DNA of 63,834 nucleotides, the filler included. It is 8 parts of 8 records of this genome, joined end to end, with 100 filler letters (N's around TTAATTAATTAA, not from the genome) between each part and the next. Parts side by side here need not be neighbours in the genome. Positions count along the whole stretch, not along the records: positions 6,407 to 19,847 come from SRR31156797_41862; 7 more parts are not named here. One strand, given 5' to 3'. Shown here one piece after another: positions 9,844-18,412 of the stretch. The notes beneath the pieces were generated by a model. The model saw nothing but the letters and a program-made list of their open reading frames with translations, had not been told where the DNA came from and did not search any database. The translations under genes were made by a program, and so were the position numbers. How positions within the stretch are numbered: position 1 is the stretch's first letter; each line of letters begins with the position of its first letter.

Positions 9844-11277
9844 TTACTTATCCTTGGCAAGGTGCAGATGCACCGCGGTTCCACTGGTAAAACAGCGCGG
9901 CGAGCAGAGCACCTTGGGATTGGACCCAACATGCCGTTTTGCATTTTTCATGGCTTCTTCGAAAGTGGAAACTGGAATAAATCCCATGCCCCTGGCGTAA
10001 CCGGGCTTGCGGGCGCCCACGATGTAAACCGCTGAAGCATAGAGATTGGGAACAGCTCCACCGCTGATCATGGACATGGCATGGAACGGATGATAGGTGT
10101 ACCTGTTGGAATAGCTGAAACGGTATTCGTAATTTTCAACAATGGCTTTTGCTTCATCCGAAACCAGGAATTCGGCCGGAGTGTTGAAATCCTGCATGGC
10201 TTCATAAGTTTCTTCATAGGACGGGAACCAGGAATCATTGAACCAGCCGTCGCATACTGAAGAGGCAATGATAACGCCGCCGGGGCGGAATGTTTTCCAG
10301 CAGCGGGACATCTGGCCGCCTATGGCCAGGCTCATCAGGATGGGATTCGTGCCCATGCCGGGGCCGTAATGGAAATTCCGCGGCACGCCCATGACCAGCA
10401 CGTCGGCCGGCTCATCCATATCCAGGTAGACATTTGTCCTGCTGTCGGCAATGGGCCAGGTCGCTTCTTCAACCAGGCCGAGTTCGCCGGCTTCCACGGC
10501 CAATACTTCGGAATGCTGGTTAAGCACCGCGTCCACGGCAAAAAACTTTTTTCCGATACCGGCTTCCATGGCCTTGCCAATGGAATTGAACTGTTTGCGC
10601 ATGTGGGAATCGGTGGACGCGCCCAGCCAATCAGGACGGTGCATGGTGTTCGGGCAATGGTGGGAGCCAATGGATCGCCAGCCGGCCATGCCGGTGACTA
10701 TCATTTTATAACCGCCGCTGTAACCTCCATATGGGTTCCCGGCGCAATGGCCCAGGACGATGGGCAGATCGGCTTCGGCCATTTGCCGGTTGCACTGGAC
10801 CACGTTGCCCATATCGTCCGTCCCCAGGTCCAGCAGGTCCTGGGCTTCGGCATCGTGGTTATGAATGCGGTCGGGCCAGAACTGGTCCACGATATCCTTG
10901 CCCAGATACCAGTACCATTCTTCAATCGTATTCATGCGGTGCAGGCCGATACAGCAAAGAAGCGAAATGTTTTCCAGTTTGGTTCCGCCCTTTAAAAGCT
11001 CTTCGATGATGATAGGGATGGCCGTCCTGCGATGGGCGTTGGGTTGGGCCCCGCCCTTAACCCTGTCCGGAAAGCCGATTACAACCTTTTTGTCCGGGCC
11101 GCCCAGTTCACGAAGCGGAGGAAATCCGTGCGGTTTTTCCAGGGCCGCCCTGACGGCCGCAGCCGGATCTATGCCGGGAGGATCCGTGTACGTTTTACCG
11201 TATTCGACAACGGTTGCGTCGTCGGGCAGATCCACGGGTAATATTGTATCGCCGTAATCCATATGTACTTTTTTCAT
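9844..11277 (-). CDS. LarA (lactate racemase) superfamily protein, predicted nickel-pincer (NPN) enzyme
   Basis: DYG N-terminus, ALEKP, GLHR, NHD, GYSGGYK, SHH motifs. ATG at 11277 with GGAG RBS. Confidence 0.85.
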   Translation of the reverse strand: MKKVHMDYGDTILPVDLPDDATVVEYGKTYTDPPGIDPAAAVRAALEKPHGFPPLRELGGPDKKVVIGFPDRVKGGAQPNAHRRTAIPIIIEELLKGGTKLENISLLCCIGLHRMNTIEEWYWYLGKDIVDQFWPDRIHNHDAEAQDLLDLGTDDMGNVVQCNRQMAEADLPIVLGHCAGNPYGGYSGGYKMIVTGMAGWRSIGSHHCPNTMHRPDWLGASTDSHMRKQFNSIGKAMEAGIGKKFFAVDAVLNQHSEVLAVEAGELGLVEEATWPIADSRTNVYLDMDEPADVLVMGVPRNFHYGPGMGTNPILMSLAIGGQMSRCWKTFRPGGVIIASSVCDGWFNDSWFPSYEETYEAMQDFNTPAEFLVSDEAKAIVENYEYRFSYSNRYTYHPFHAMSMISGGAVPNLYASAVYIVGARKPGYARGMGFIPVSTFEEAMKNAKRHVGSNPKVLCSPRCFTSGTAVHLHLAKDK

Positions 11278-11357
11278 TTTCGGCTCCAATCAGATAGCAG
11301 GCGCCGGCCTTGATTTCCGGCTCCATATCTATTCCGGAAATTTTCCGGTGTATTATT

Positions 11358-11395
11358 AGTGTAACGATTGTGCCATTTCTGCGGCGCCATTTCAA
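11358..11395 (-). promoter_or_regulatory. Sigma70 promoter of the larA-lacI-TRAP operon with an overlapping candidate LacI operator
   Basis: Minus strand TTGAAA-17-CACAAT with TG extended -10, overlapped by the CG-centred ACAATCGTTACA. Confidence 0.55.
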
Positions 11396-11574
11396 GTGAT
11401 ATTTTCATATATTTATCTTTTAATGAAAAATTTACATTTTAAAAGTGTAAAATCTGGCGCCGGCCGTCATGAATTCAATTTCACACATAGACGGACATCA
11501 GCTAATAACGTCGTTTTTTAAACAGGTTATCTTTTAGGCTAAAAACGTCCGGATATGTTTTATTGAGGAATGCA

Positions 11575-12291
11575 TTAAAATGACTTCTTTTTCATTACTT
11601 TCAATCCATAGGGGCAGACGGCCGAACAGATGCCGCAGTTGTGTCCCCTGTGAAACTGAAAATAGTGCTTCTTTTTCCATTGATCGCACGCGGTTACATC
11701 GAGTATTTCATGGCGCCTGGTTCCCGGAGACCAGGCCGCGCCGGTCAGCGCATTGGCTGGGCATGCTTCAACGCAGCGCATACAGTCGCCGCAGTAATTT
11801 CTTTCTGTCGGCGGGCCGCACTTAAGTTCCATATCCGTGAAAACCGTTCCCAGGCGGACCCATGATCCGAATCGGCGTGTTATAAGCTGGCAGTGGCGGC
11901 CTATCCAGCCCAAACCCGCTCTGGTAGCCGCTGTTTTATGGGGAAAATCTCCCCTGATGTTGACTTCATCCGTGCGTTCGGACGCGGCCAGCGGTTTGGC
12001 CCTGAATCCCCTGCCCTGAATTTCCGAAGAAAGTTTTATTGATAATTCATTAATGCGGTTATTAACCCTGGTGTATTCGTCGGCGTACGCCTGGTTAGGT
12101 CCGCCTTGAATATCGAACATTATTTGGGGATCCATTGGAATTGCCCAAGAAACCGCCCTTGGGAATCCATGACCGGAATCATCCAGTGGAGTGGAAAATC
12201 CGGCCAGTTCGGCTACGCCCCAAAGTTCGACCTCGGCGGCTTCCATCCACTCCTCAAGCCAGGCTTCATCATTTACGACCGCATCAGGCAT
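11575..12291 (-). CDS. QueG/reductive-dehalogenase-like 2x[4Fe-4S] protein (probably cobalamin-dependent)
   Basis: HKTAATRAGLGWIG, FGSWVRLG, CGDCMRCVEACP, CGICSAVCP. Confidence 0.8.
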   Translation of the reverse strand: MPDAVVNDEAWLEEWMEAAEVELWGVAELAGFSTPLDDSGHGFPRAVSWAIPMDPQIMFDIQGGPNQAYADEYTRVNNRINELSIKLSSEIQGRGFRAKPLAASERTDEVNIRGDFPHKTAATRAGLGWIGRHCQLITRRFGSWVRLGTVFTDMELKCGPPTERNYCGDCMRCVEACPANALTGAAWSPGTRRHEILDVTACDQWKKKHYFQFHRGHNCGICSAVCPYGLKVMKKKSF

Positions 12292-12553
12292 GGTATAGCC
12301 TTCCTTATCAACTCAATTTAAAAAACCGCATTATGGTCAAACTATTAAGAAATCCAATTCATTTCACGCACGTCACATTGCGGCCGGTCAGCCGCCCCTC
12401 TGTTTGACGGCCATGTCACCTATGACTTATAATGACTGACAGTAGAGTATAGTCCTGTTTCCATCAATTTGAGAGAATAAAATCAGGCTGAAGTCAGGCG
12501 GCGACTTCGTTAATTTCGCCTGAAGCCTTAACGCATTATTCCTGGAGGGAATT

Positions 12554-13462
12554 ATGACAGATAATATTTATGATCTGATAATCCTGGGCGCCGGGCCGGC
12601 CGGACTGCAGGCTGCAATTCACGCCGCCAGGGCCAAAGCGGAAGTTTTGATAATGGGCCGGGAACAGAAAAGCAGCATTGCCAGGGCCCATGTTGAGAAC
12701 TATTGCTGTATGGGCTCTATAGATGGAGAATCGATGCTCAGGGAAGGCCTTGAGCAGGCCGTTAAGTCCGGGGCTTCGGTTTTAAACGAGGATGTTATTG
12801 AAATTACCAGGGACGGCGACTTATTCGTGATTAAGACGGAAAGCGGCGCCGGACTGCCGACCAGGACCATAATACTGGCCATGGGCATATCCAGGGAAAA
12901 ACTCAGGGCGCCCGGGGAAAAAGAGCTTTTCGGCAAGGGCGTCAGCTACTGCGTGGACTGCGACGCCAATTTCTATCGAGGTGAAAATGTGGCCATTGTG
13001 GGCGACGAGAGCGCTGCCGTTTCCGGCGCCCTGACCATGCTGTTCTATGCCGAAAATGTTCACCTGGTCGCCAGGGGTCTTAAAGTCAGCGACATATTGG
13101 CCGAACAGCTAAGAAACAGCTCGGTGTCAGTCCATGAAGGCGTCTGGGTCAAGGAAGTGTTGGGAGAAAACAAGGTTGAGGGCCTGAAGCTCGATAATGG
13201 AGAAACCTTGGAGGTTGGCGGCGTTTTCGTGGAACTTGGCGCCAAGGGAGCAATTGAATTGGCCGCGGTGCTTGGCGTGGCCCTGGATCCTGAAACAATG
13301 AAATTCGTGGTTGCCAATAAGAAACAGGAAACAAATGTGCCCGGAGTATATGCCGCGGGCGACATTTGCGGCCCTCCATGGCAGGTGGCCAAAGCGGTCG
13401 GCGAAGGCTGCGTGGCCGGGCTGGAGGCTGCTTCTTATGCCAAGAAAATGAAACGGGGGTAG
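12554..13462 (+). CDS. Thioredoxin-reductase-like flavoprotein (atypical NAD(P)H site)
   Basis: GAGPAG FAD motif, GVSYCVDCD active site, TNVPGVYAAGD. Confidence 0.9.
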   Translation: MTDNIYDLIILGAGPAGLQAAIHAARAKAEVLIMGREQKSSIARAHVENYCCMGSIDGESMLREGLEQAVKSGASVLNEDVIEITRDGDLFVIKTESGAGLPTRTIILAMGISREKLRAPGEKELFGKGVSYCVDCDANFYRGENVAIVGDESAAVSGALTMLFYAENVHLVARGLKVSDILAEQLRNSSVSVHEGVWVKEVLGENKVEGLKLDNGETLEVGGVFVELGAKGAIELAAVLGVALDPETMKFVVANKKQETNVPGVYAAGDICGPPWQVAKAVGEGCVAGLEAASYAKKMKRG

Positions 13463-13473
13463 AGGAAAACAAC

Positions 13474-13917
13474 ATGACTAAAAAACAATTCTGTGCAGCG
13501 CTTGTCGTCCTGGCCGTATCAGGCTTCCTCGGCGGCCTGGTCGGCGCCGGCCTCAATTCCAACACGGCCCTGGCCGACAATAACCGGGTTATCAATTGCA
13601 ACAAGCTGGTAATTCAAGATTCAAAAGGCAGGGATTCAATCATCCTGGATGCATCCAATCCTGAATACAGACCGGCTGTAGTCCTGAATGACCAGGAAGG
13701 TTTTTACACCTTTATAACCGCCGACATGCTGCATATGTTTTCCCCAAAGCTTGATGTTGTTTCAACCTTTACCGTGCAGGGATCCAGGGTTTTAAAAAAG
13801 GAGGACACCCGGTTTTATTTCGGTTATGGGGAAAAAAGCTCAACCATCATGTCGATTCTCGACAGAAAGAACAGACATCTCTGGTCGGCCCCGAAAACAA
13901 TCACGATTAATCCGTGA
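13474..13917 (+). CDS. Hypothetical exported/membrane-anchored protein
   Basis: GAGG RBS and ATG at 13474, N-terminal hydrophobic segment ending ALA. Confidence 0.7.
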   Translation: MTKKQFCAALVVLAVSGFLGGLVGAGLNSNTALADNNRVINCNKLVIQDSKGRDSIILDASNPEYRPAVVLNDQEGFYTFITADMLHMFSPKLDVVSTFTVQGSRVLKKEDTRFYFGYGEKSSTIMSILDRKNRHLWSAPKTITINP

Positions 13918-13926
13918 TTTTCATTT

Positions 13927-15273
13927 TTATGGCGCCAGCCCTCTTTGAGCCAACCATAGCGGCAGAAGTTCATTATCCACCTTGTCCGCTACTTTTGGGG
14001 CCTGCTCCAATAGAAATTCTCCCATTGAAGGGCTCAGGTTGATATTACCGTAACATCCGTCGAAGACAACGGCCTTGTCAGTGTCCGCTTTTTCACAGGC
14101 GCTTTGGAGAGCGGATTTCAGATCTTTTGTAACCACGCCGTATTTTAACATGGCCCGGGTCAAACCCTCCGCCGTTTTTCGGCCGGCAATGAAGGTCGGA
14201 TAAAGGTGGACCAAACCGATAAATGCGTTTCTCCAGGCATAATTAACCACCAACGCCTTGACCGCCGGATTAAGGTGAGGGTCGTCCTGATTGCGGCCGG
14301 AAATATCCAGATTCAAATAATCGAGCGGGGATTTAAACAATGTGCCGGCGACAAGTCCGCCGCCGTGTATATACCAAGGCCAGCGCATGCCGTCCAATAT
14401 GACCACGCATTCGTCAATTTCGGCAAAAAGTCGAATCATTTTCCCATAAGACTTTAAAGTATTCCTGGTTACTGTTCGATCGACTTCATATAAGTTCTCA
14501 TTCGCCAACACGCCGGTAACGCCGGCCGGAGACGTCTCCATGACACAGACAAAGGCAAACTTTTCCTGAACAAAACCGGAATCGAAAATCGCTCTTGGAA
14601 TAACATTACTGCTGCGGCTGGAAAAGTTCATGTGATAGGCAGACCTTGTTTCATATCGTGCATAGGCCATGGTAAAAGTCTTGAGAATACGGTTAATTTC
14701 CCTGTGGAAGTATATTTCTCTCGGATCGGAATAACAGGTGTGAATAAACCAGTCCGCGTCGTACACCTTCTTAAGGCCATATAAGACGCCTATATCCGTA
14801 TCAATGGCCACGCCTTTATCAAACGGCCCCGTGGCGACAACCCGGTCAAAGTGTTTATCCAGGCCATAGTATGGAATCATATGCCTGGATTCGCTTATCC
14901 CTTCTCCGCCGGCATATCTGAGCCTGATATTTCGGCATCCTGTCCGCTCTTTTACGACGTCTTTTATGGTTTTGACCATTTCAGCGTATGGAAGCCCTCC
15001 CATGAGGGCGAATCCGTGTTCCGAGCAAAGCAGATTCACGGTATCATCAGTTTTAATTTTGCTCATATCCACGTCGGCCAAAGCCTTTATCGTCGCATTA
15101 CGGATGGCGGTAACATCCTGCCCGCTCTTATAAATATCTTTTTCAATATCCTTGAAAAGACCCCTTACAGGCAGGGATGCTATTTCATCGAGATCGGCGG
15201 CCCGTTGTTCCGGGAGTTCCGGCCCCATTGCGGTTGCCTGCAGTTGGGGAGGGCGTGCGGCTTTATTTAACAT
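13927..15273 (-). CDS. Uncharacterised 448-aa protein (possible distant LarA_N/DUF362-like fold)
   Basis: Long ORF with AGGAG RBS; motifs SEHGF..GG.PY, D.RE.YFHR, YAR.ETRS.YH, W..QRG. Confidence 0.75.
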   Translation of the reverse strand: MLNKAARPPQLQATAMGPELPEQRAADLDEIASLPVRGLFKDIEKDIYKSGQDVTAIRNATIKALADVDMSKIKTDDTVNLLCSEHGFALMGGLPYAEMVKTIKDVVKERTGCRNIRLRYAGGEGISESRHMIPYYGLDKHFDRVVATGPFDKGVAIDTDIGVLYGLKKVYDADWFIHTCYSDPREIYFHREINRILKTFTMAYARYETRSAYHMNFSSRSSNVIPRAIFDSGFVQEKFAFVCVMETSPAGVTGVLANENLYEVDRTVTRNTLKSYGKMIRLFAEIDECVVILDGMRWPWYIHGGGLVAGTLFKSPLDYLNLDISGRNQDDPHLNPAVKALVVNYAWRNAFIGLVHLYPTFIAGRKTAEGLTRAMLKYGVVTKDLKSALQSACEKADTDKAVVFDGCYGNINLSPSMGEFLLEQAPKVADKVDNELLPLWLAQRGLAP

Positions 15274-15342
15274 GAAAGTCTCCTGTTAATTCATTAATCA
15301 TGATCTTTTGCACATGTTCATACGTATTGCCGTTAAAATGGA

Positions 15343-15945
15343 TCAATGCCTGATTAAATTATGAAACACGCCCTTTTTATAAAGCTCCTTGTCCTCTTCA
15401 AGGCGATATTCGGGATACTTTTCATTAACATCCCCACTGACACTCCATAAATCGGATTTGATGTTATACCATCGATAATTGTCTGATTCCGGGAAATCTT
15501 TAAAATGGGCGTTGAGTATCCTTAAGATAGGCGCCATGCACCACATGCCGCATGCGCTGCGGGCGCCGGTCATCAGAGTTATGTCTTCCGGTGTTTTCGC
15601 CCCTTGCAACACCGCTGCCGCGACCTCTTTAGCTGTTGTAAAAGTGCACAGGCATACTGGCTCGTCCGGGTCAAAATTTGCCTGCTTGCAAAGCGCATTC
15701 AATTCTTCCTGATCCACCTTGGAAATATCCACGCCAAGCACCATCGGCTCATGTCTTTGTTTCATGCTTATCGCCTGGGGCGGACAGGCGTCCATACATC
15801 GTTTGCAATTGACGCATCTTGATTCATCCACAATCGCTTTTTTGTCCACTACCTTAATTGCCTTGGCTACGCAGATGTTTTCACAAATCTTATCCCCAAC
15901 ACAAAGATTCTCATCAACAATCGCCGTCAGATATATTTTCCTCAT
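15343..15945 (-). CDS. 4Fe-4S dicluster plus BFD-like [2Fe-2S] domain protein
   Basis: CxxDxxCxxxC, CxxCxxCxxxCP, then VCLC...GARSACGMWC. Confidence 0.85.
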   Translation of the reverse strand: MRKIYLTAIVDENLCVGDKICENICVAKAIKVVDKKAIVDESRCVNCKRCMDACPPQAISMKQRHEPMVLGVDISKVDQEELNALCKQANFDPDEPVCLCTFTTAKEVAAAVLQGAKTPEDITLMTGARSACGMWCMAPILRILNAHFKDFPESDNYRWYNIKSDLWSVSGDVNEKYPEYRLEEDKELYKKGVFHNLIRH

Positions 15946-16001
15946 GAGTTGTTTCCCTTTCAGAGGTAATATTGACTAGGATCCGGCTGGGCGCCTTTTC
16001 A

Positions 16002-16026
16002 ACTTTTGATAATCATTATTATTATA
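16002..16026. promoter_or_regulatory. Fur/PerR-family box
   Basis: GATAATCATTATTATTATA (16008-16026) matches GATAATGATAATCATTATC at 15 of 19 positions. Confidence 0.6.
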
Positions 16027-16125
16027 AATGCTACAATGAGAACCGATTAAAATGCAATTAATAAGTAATTATTAATCAAAAGTATCTTCTACTGACACCC
16101 ACAGTATATAACTGGGAAGGAAGTC

Positions 16126-16390
16126 ATGAGCCAAATCGCGGATTTAATCAAAACCCTTAAAGCTTATCTCAAGGCAAAAGGAATCACATATAAAATATTG
16201 GCAGTGGAATTAGGAGTAAGCGAGATAACCGTCAAGAGGATGTTCGCCAATCAGAATATTTCACTGACGCGCCTTGAAGAGATATGCCGAATTAGACGCC
16301 GCCCTTCCGATTGAGAATCGCACCAGCGTGGCGCTGGTGGTAGGCTTCAGGCCCTGGCTTATATCCAGCATCCAGAAAATGAGGAAGCAT
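16126..16390 (+). pseudogene. Internally deleted XRE-family HTH regulator
   Basis: HTH N-terminus MSQIADLIKTLK...LTRLEEIC joined out of frame to ELDAALP...LVVGFRPW, which resembles the C-terminus of this family. Confidence 0.7.
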
Positions 16391-16444
16391 TTTCCTTTAC
16401 AAATTAGCCAGTTATTTATTCATCACTCCGGCGAAAATAATTAC

Positions 16445-16473
16445 TTGACTCATTGAACACTGTTCGATATTTT
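16445..16473 (+). promoter_or_regulatory. tetR promoter containing a palindromic operator
   Basis: TTGACT-17-TATTTT; the spacer holds TTGAACAcTGTTCGA. Confidence 0.7.
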
Positions 16474-16500
16474 AACGCTCATCCAGGAGAAATATTCCAA

Positions 16501-17151
16501 ATGAGTCGAACCAGTCAACTAAAAGAAAAAATCGCCCAAAGACAGGAAATGGAACGCCAGGAAAGGCGGGAAAGCATCCTGGCCGCGGCCCGCAAAGTGT
16601 TTTTTGAAAAAGGCTATCTAAGCGCCAGTATGAGGGATATCGCCCTTGAAGCATCGTTGTCCCCCGGCCTAATATACCATTACTTCCAGGGAAAAGACGA
16701 GTTGTACGGGGCCATATGCGAGGAAGCGTTCTACCTGATGCTGGAATATTTCCATAAAGTAGAGAAAATGAAAGGCCCGGCCCGGGACAAGCTAGTCGCC
16801 ATCGCCAAAGCCTATGTCCAGTATTTTTTAGACCATCCTGAATACTTTGATATTGTTTCCTTTCGGGATCTCGGTTTCAAGAAAGTTGACATATCCTCGC
16901 CTATTCTGGAACGAATCGAGGCGCTCAGCTACCAGGCCTTGGATGTCCTTCGGAAACAGGTGGAAGAGAGCATGGCCGAAGGATCCATTAAGCATTCCGA
17001 CGATCTTTGGGAAACAACCATGTCCCTGTGGGCGCCTGTGGAAGGCTTGATCTTCATTGAAAAGCGGGGCTATTTAAAAACCTTCAGCGTTGATCTGGAT
17101 AAGGCTTTGGACGGCGTTCTTACTCCTTTGCTTGAAGGCCTGCGGCCCTAA
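16501..17151 (+). CDS. TetR/AcrR-family regulator
   Basis: ILAAARKVFFEKGY...MRDIA...GLIYHYFQGKDEL. ATG at 16501 after AGGAG. Confidence 0.93.
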   Translation: MSRTSQLKEKIAQRQEMERQERRESILAAARKVFFEKGYLSASMRDIALEASLSPGLIYHYFQGKDELYGAICEEAFYLMLEYFHKVEKMKGPARDKLVAIAKAYVQYFLDHPEYFDIVSFRDLGFKKVDISSPILERIEALSYQALDVLRKQVEESMAEGSIKHSDDLWETTMSLWAPVEGLIFIEKRGYLKTFSVDLDKALDGVLTPLLEGLRP

Positions 17152-17168
17152 TTTTTTTTGGGAGCCTA

Positions 17169-17183
17169 TTGAACAGTGTTTAA
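17169..17183. promoter_or_regulatory. Second copy of the TetR-type operator
   Basis: TTGAACAgTGTTTAA, the same palindrome as 16453-16467. Confidence 0.65.
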
Positions 17184-17270
17184 CAATAAAACATAAATCA
17201 ACTCAAGCGCGCGACGGCCGCCCTGGCAAATATGATTGGTTAAGGGGCGTACAACTGGCGGGGGTATGTT

Positions 17271-18326
17271 TTGGAATACAGTTCCAACAGAATTCTCATT
17301 GATCGATTCTTTAAAGACAGGCTGAATATGGATCCTGAATGGATCAGAAACGTCAGCTTTATGGACCGCCCTGGGGCGACGTTTGCCTATCTTGACTCTA
17401 TTGACCCCGATTCGCCCAATCTTATTACATTCACCCCCGGCAGCAACAACGGTTTAGGGGAACTGACCGCTTATCACCGGATCCGCAATTGGGCCAATCG
17501 TCAGATAGTCAGTTACGTTCTGGGCAGGGGCCTGGCTAACCTTGCCGAAGTGAAGGAAATTGAAGGACGGCTTTACTCCAGGTCCTGCCTATGCCATCAA
17601 ACAACGGAACTGCCTCATCACGGCCCGGAACAATCTAAAATCGGATTATGGATTCATGACTGTCTAACCGAGGATATGGACCACACCCATAACCTGAATC
17701 GCCGAACCCTGCCTGATGGAACCTGCCTGTCCTTTGATTTCGGCCTGGCCTTTTCCTGCCGGTATTACCCGCCGTTTTACAGCTTTGAACTTGGAATTTC
17801 GGATATGGATATCAGGCAGAATCAAGACTTCATATTAAAAGTCCTGTCGGAATATGCAACCCTCGCCCTGGCGGACGAAACTACCTTAATTAATGAGATC
17901 AAAAGGGCTTATCCCCAAACCATTCGTGAATCGGTATGCAGGTTTTACCGGAAAAATTTCAAAGCCTGGTTTGCCAGAAGAATTCATAAGGGAGCGTTTT
18001 TTCAAAAATTGAACCCCGAATCCTTCAACCGGGCAGATATGAATGAGATCGCTGCCGCAGTTGGAATCCGTTTGCATGGAATATCTAGTTGGCGGAGTTT
18101 TTCCGATCAACTGGCCATCGTGAAACCACCGGTCATTGACCTTAGAGGCCTGGATTTATCAGGCGCGGACCTGAGAAGAACCCGTGTATGCGGGGCCGAC
18201 CTTAGGGAAGCCGATCTTACCGGCTGCATTTTATCTGAAGCCGACTTGAGATGCGCCGACTTCAGGGGTGCGCGCACGAAAGGGGCTGATCTTAATCGCG
18301 CAAAACTGGAAGGAGCAACATTCTGA
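17271..18326 (+). CDS. Pentapeptide-repeat protein with a putative atypical-kinase-like N-terminal domain
   Basis: C-terminal A(D/N)Lxx repeats; DMDHTHN...SFDFGLAF motif. Start uncertain. Confidence 0.75.
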   Translation: MEYSSNRILIDRFFKDRLNMDPEWIRNVSFMDRPGATFAYLDSIDPDSPNLITFTPGSNNGLGELTAYHRIRNWANRQIVSYVLGRGLANLAEVKEIEGRLYSRSCLCHQTTELPHHGPEQSKIGLWIHDCLTEDMDHTHNLNRRTLPDGTCLSFDFGLAFSCRYYPPFYSFELGISDMDIRQNQDFILKVLSEYATLALADETTLINEIKRAYPQTIRESVCRFYRKNFKAWFARRIHKGAFFQKLNPESFNRADMNEIAAAVGIRLHGISSWRSFSDQLAIVKPPVIDLRGLDLSGADLRRTRVCGADLREADLTGCILSEADLRCADFRGARTKGADLNRAKLEGATF

Positions 18327-18412
18327 CCATCCTCATGCAACTTTTTAACTCCCTGCATTCGACCGTGCAATAACCGGCCGGAACGCCGGCCGTAATCGTA
18401 AGGAGGAAAATA

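Noticed and set aside
12483-12528. Alternative hairpins in the TrxR leader
   Set aside because: Stems are only 6-7 bp, with no terminator or RBS occlusion and no known motif.
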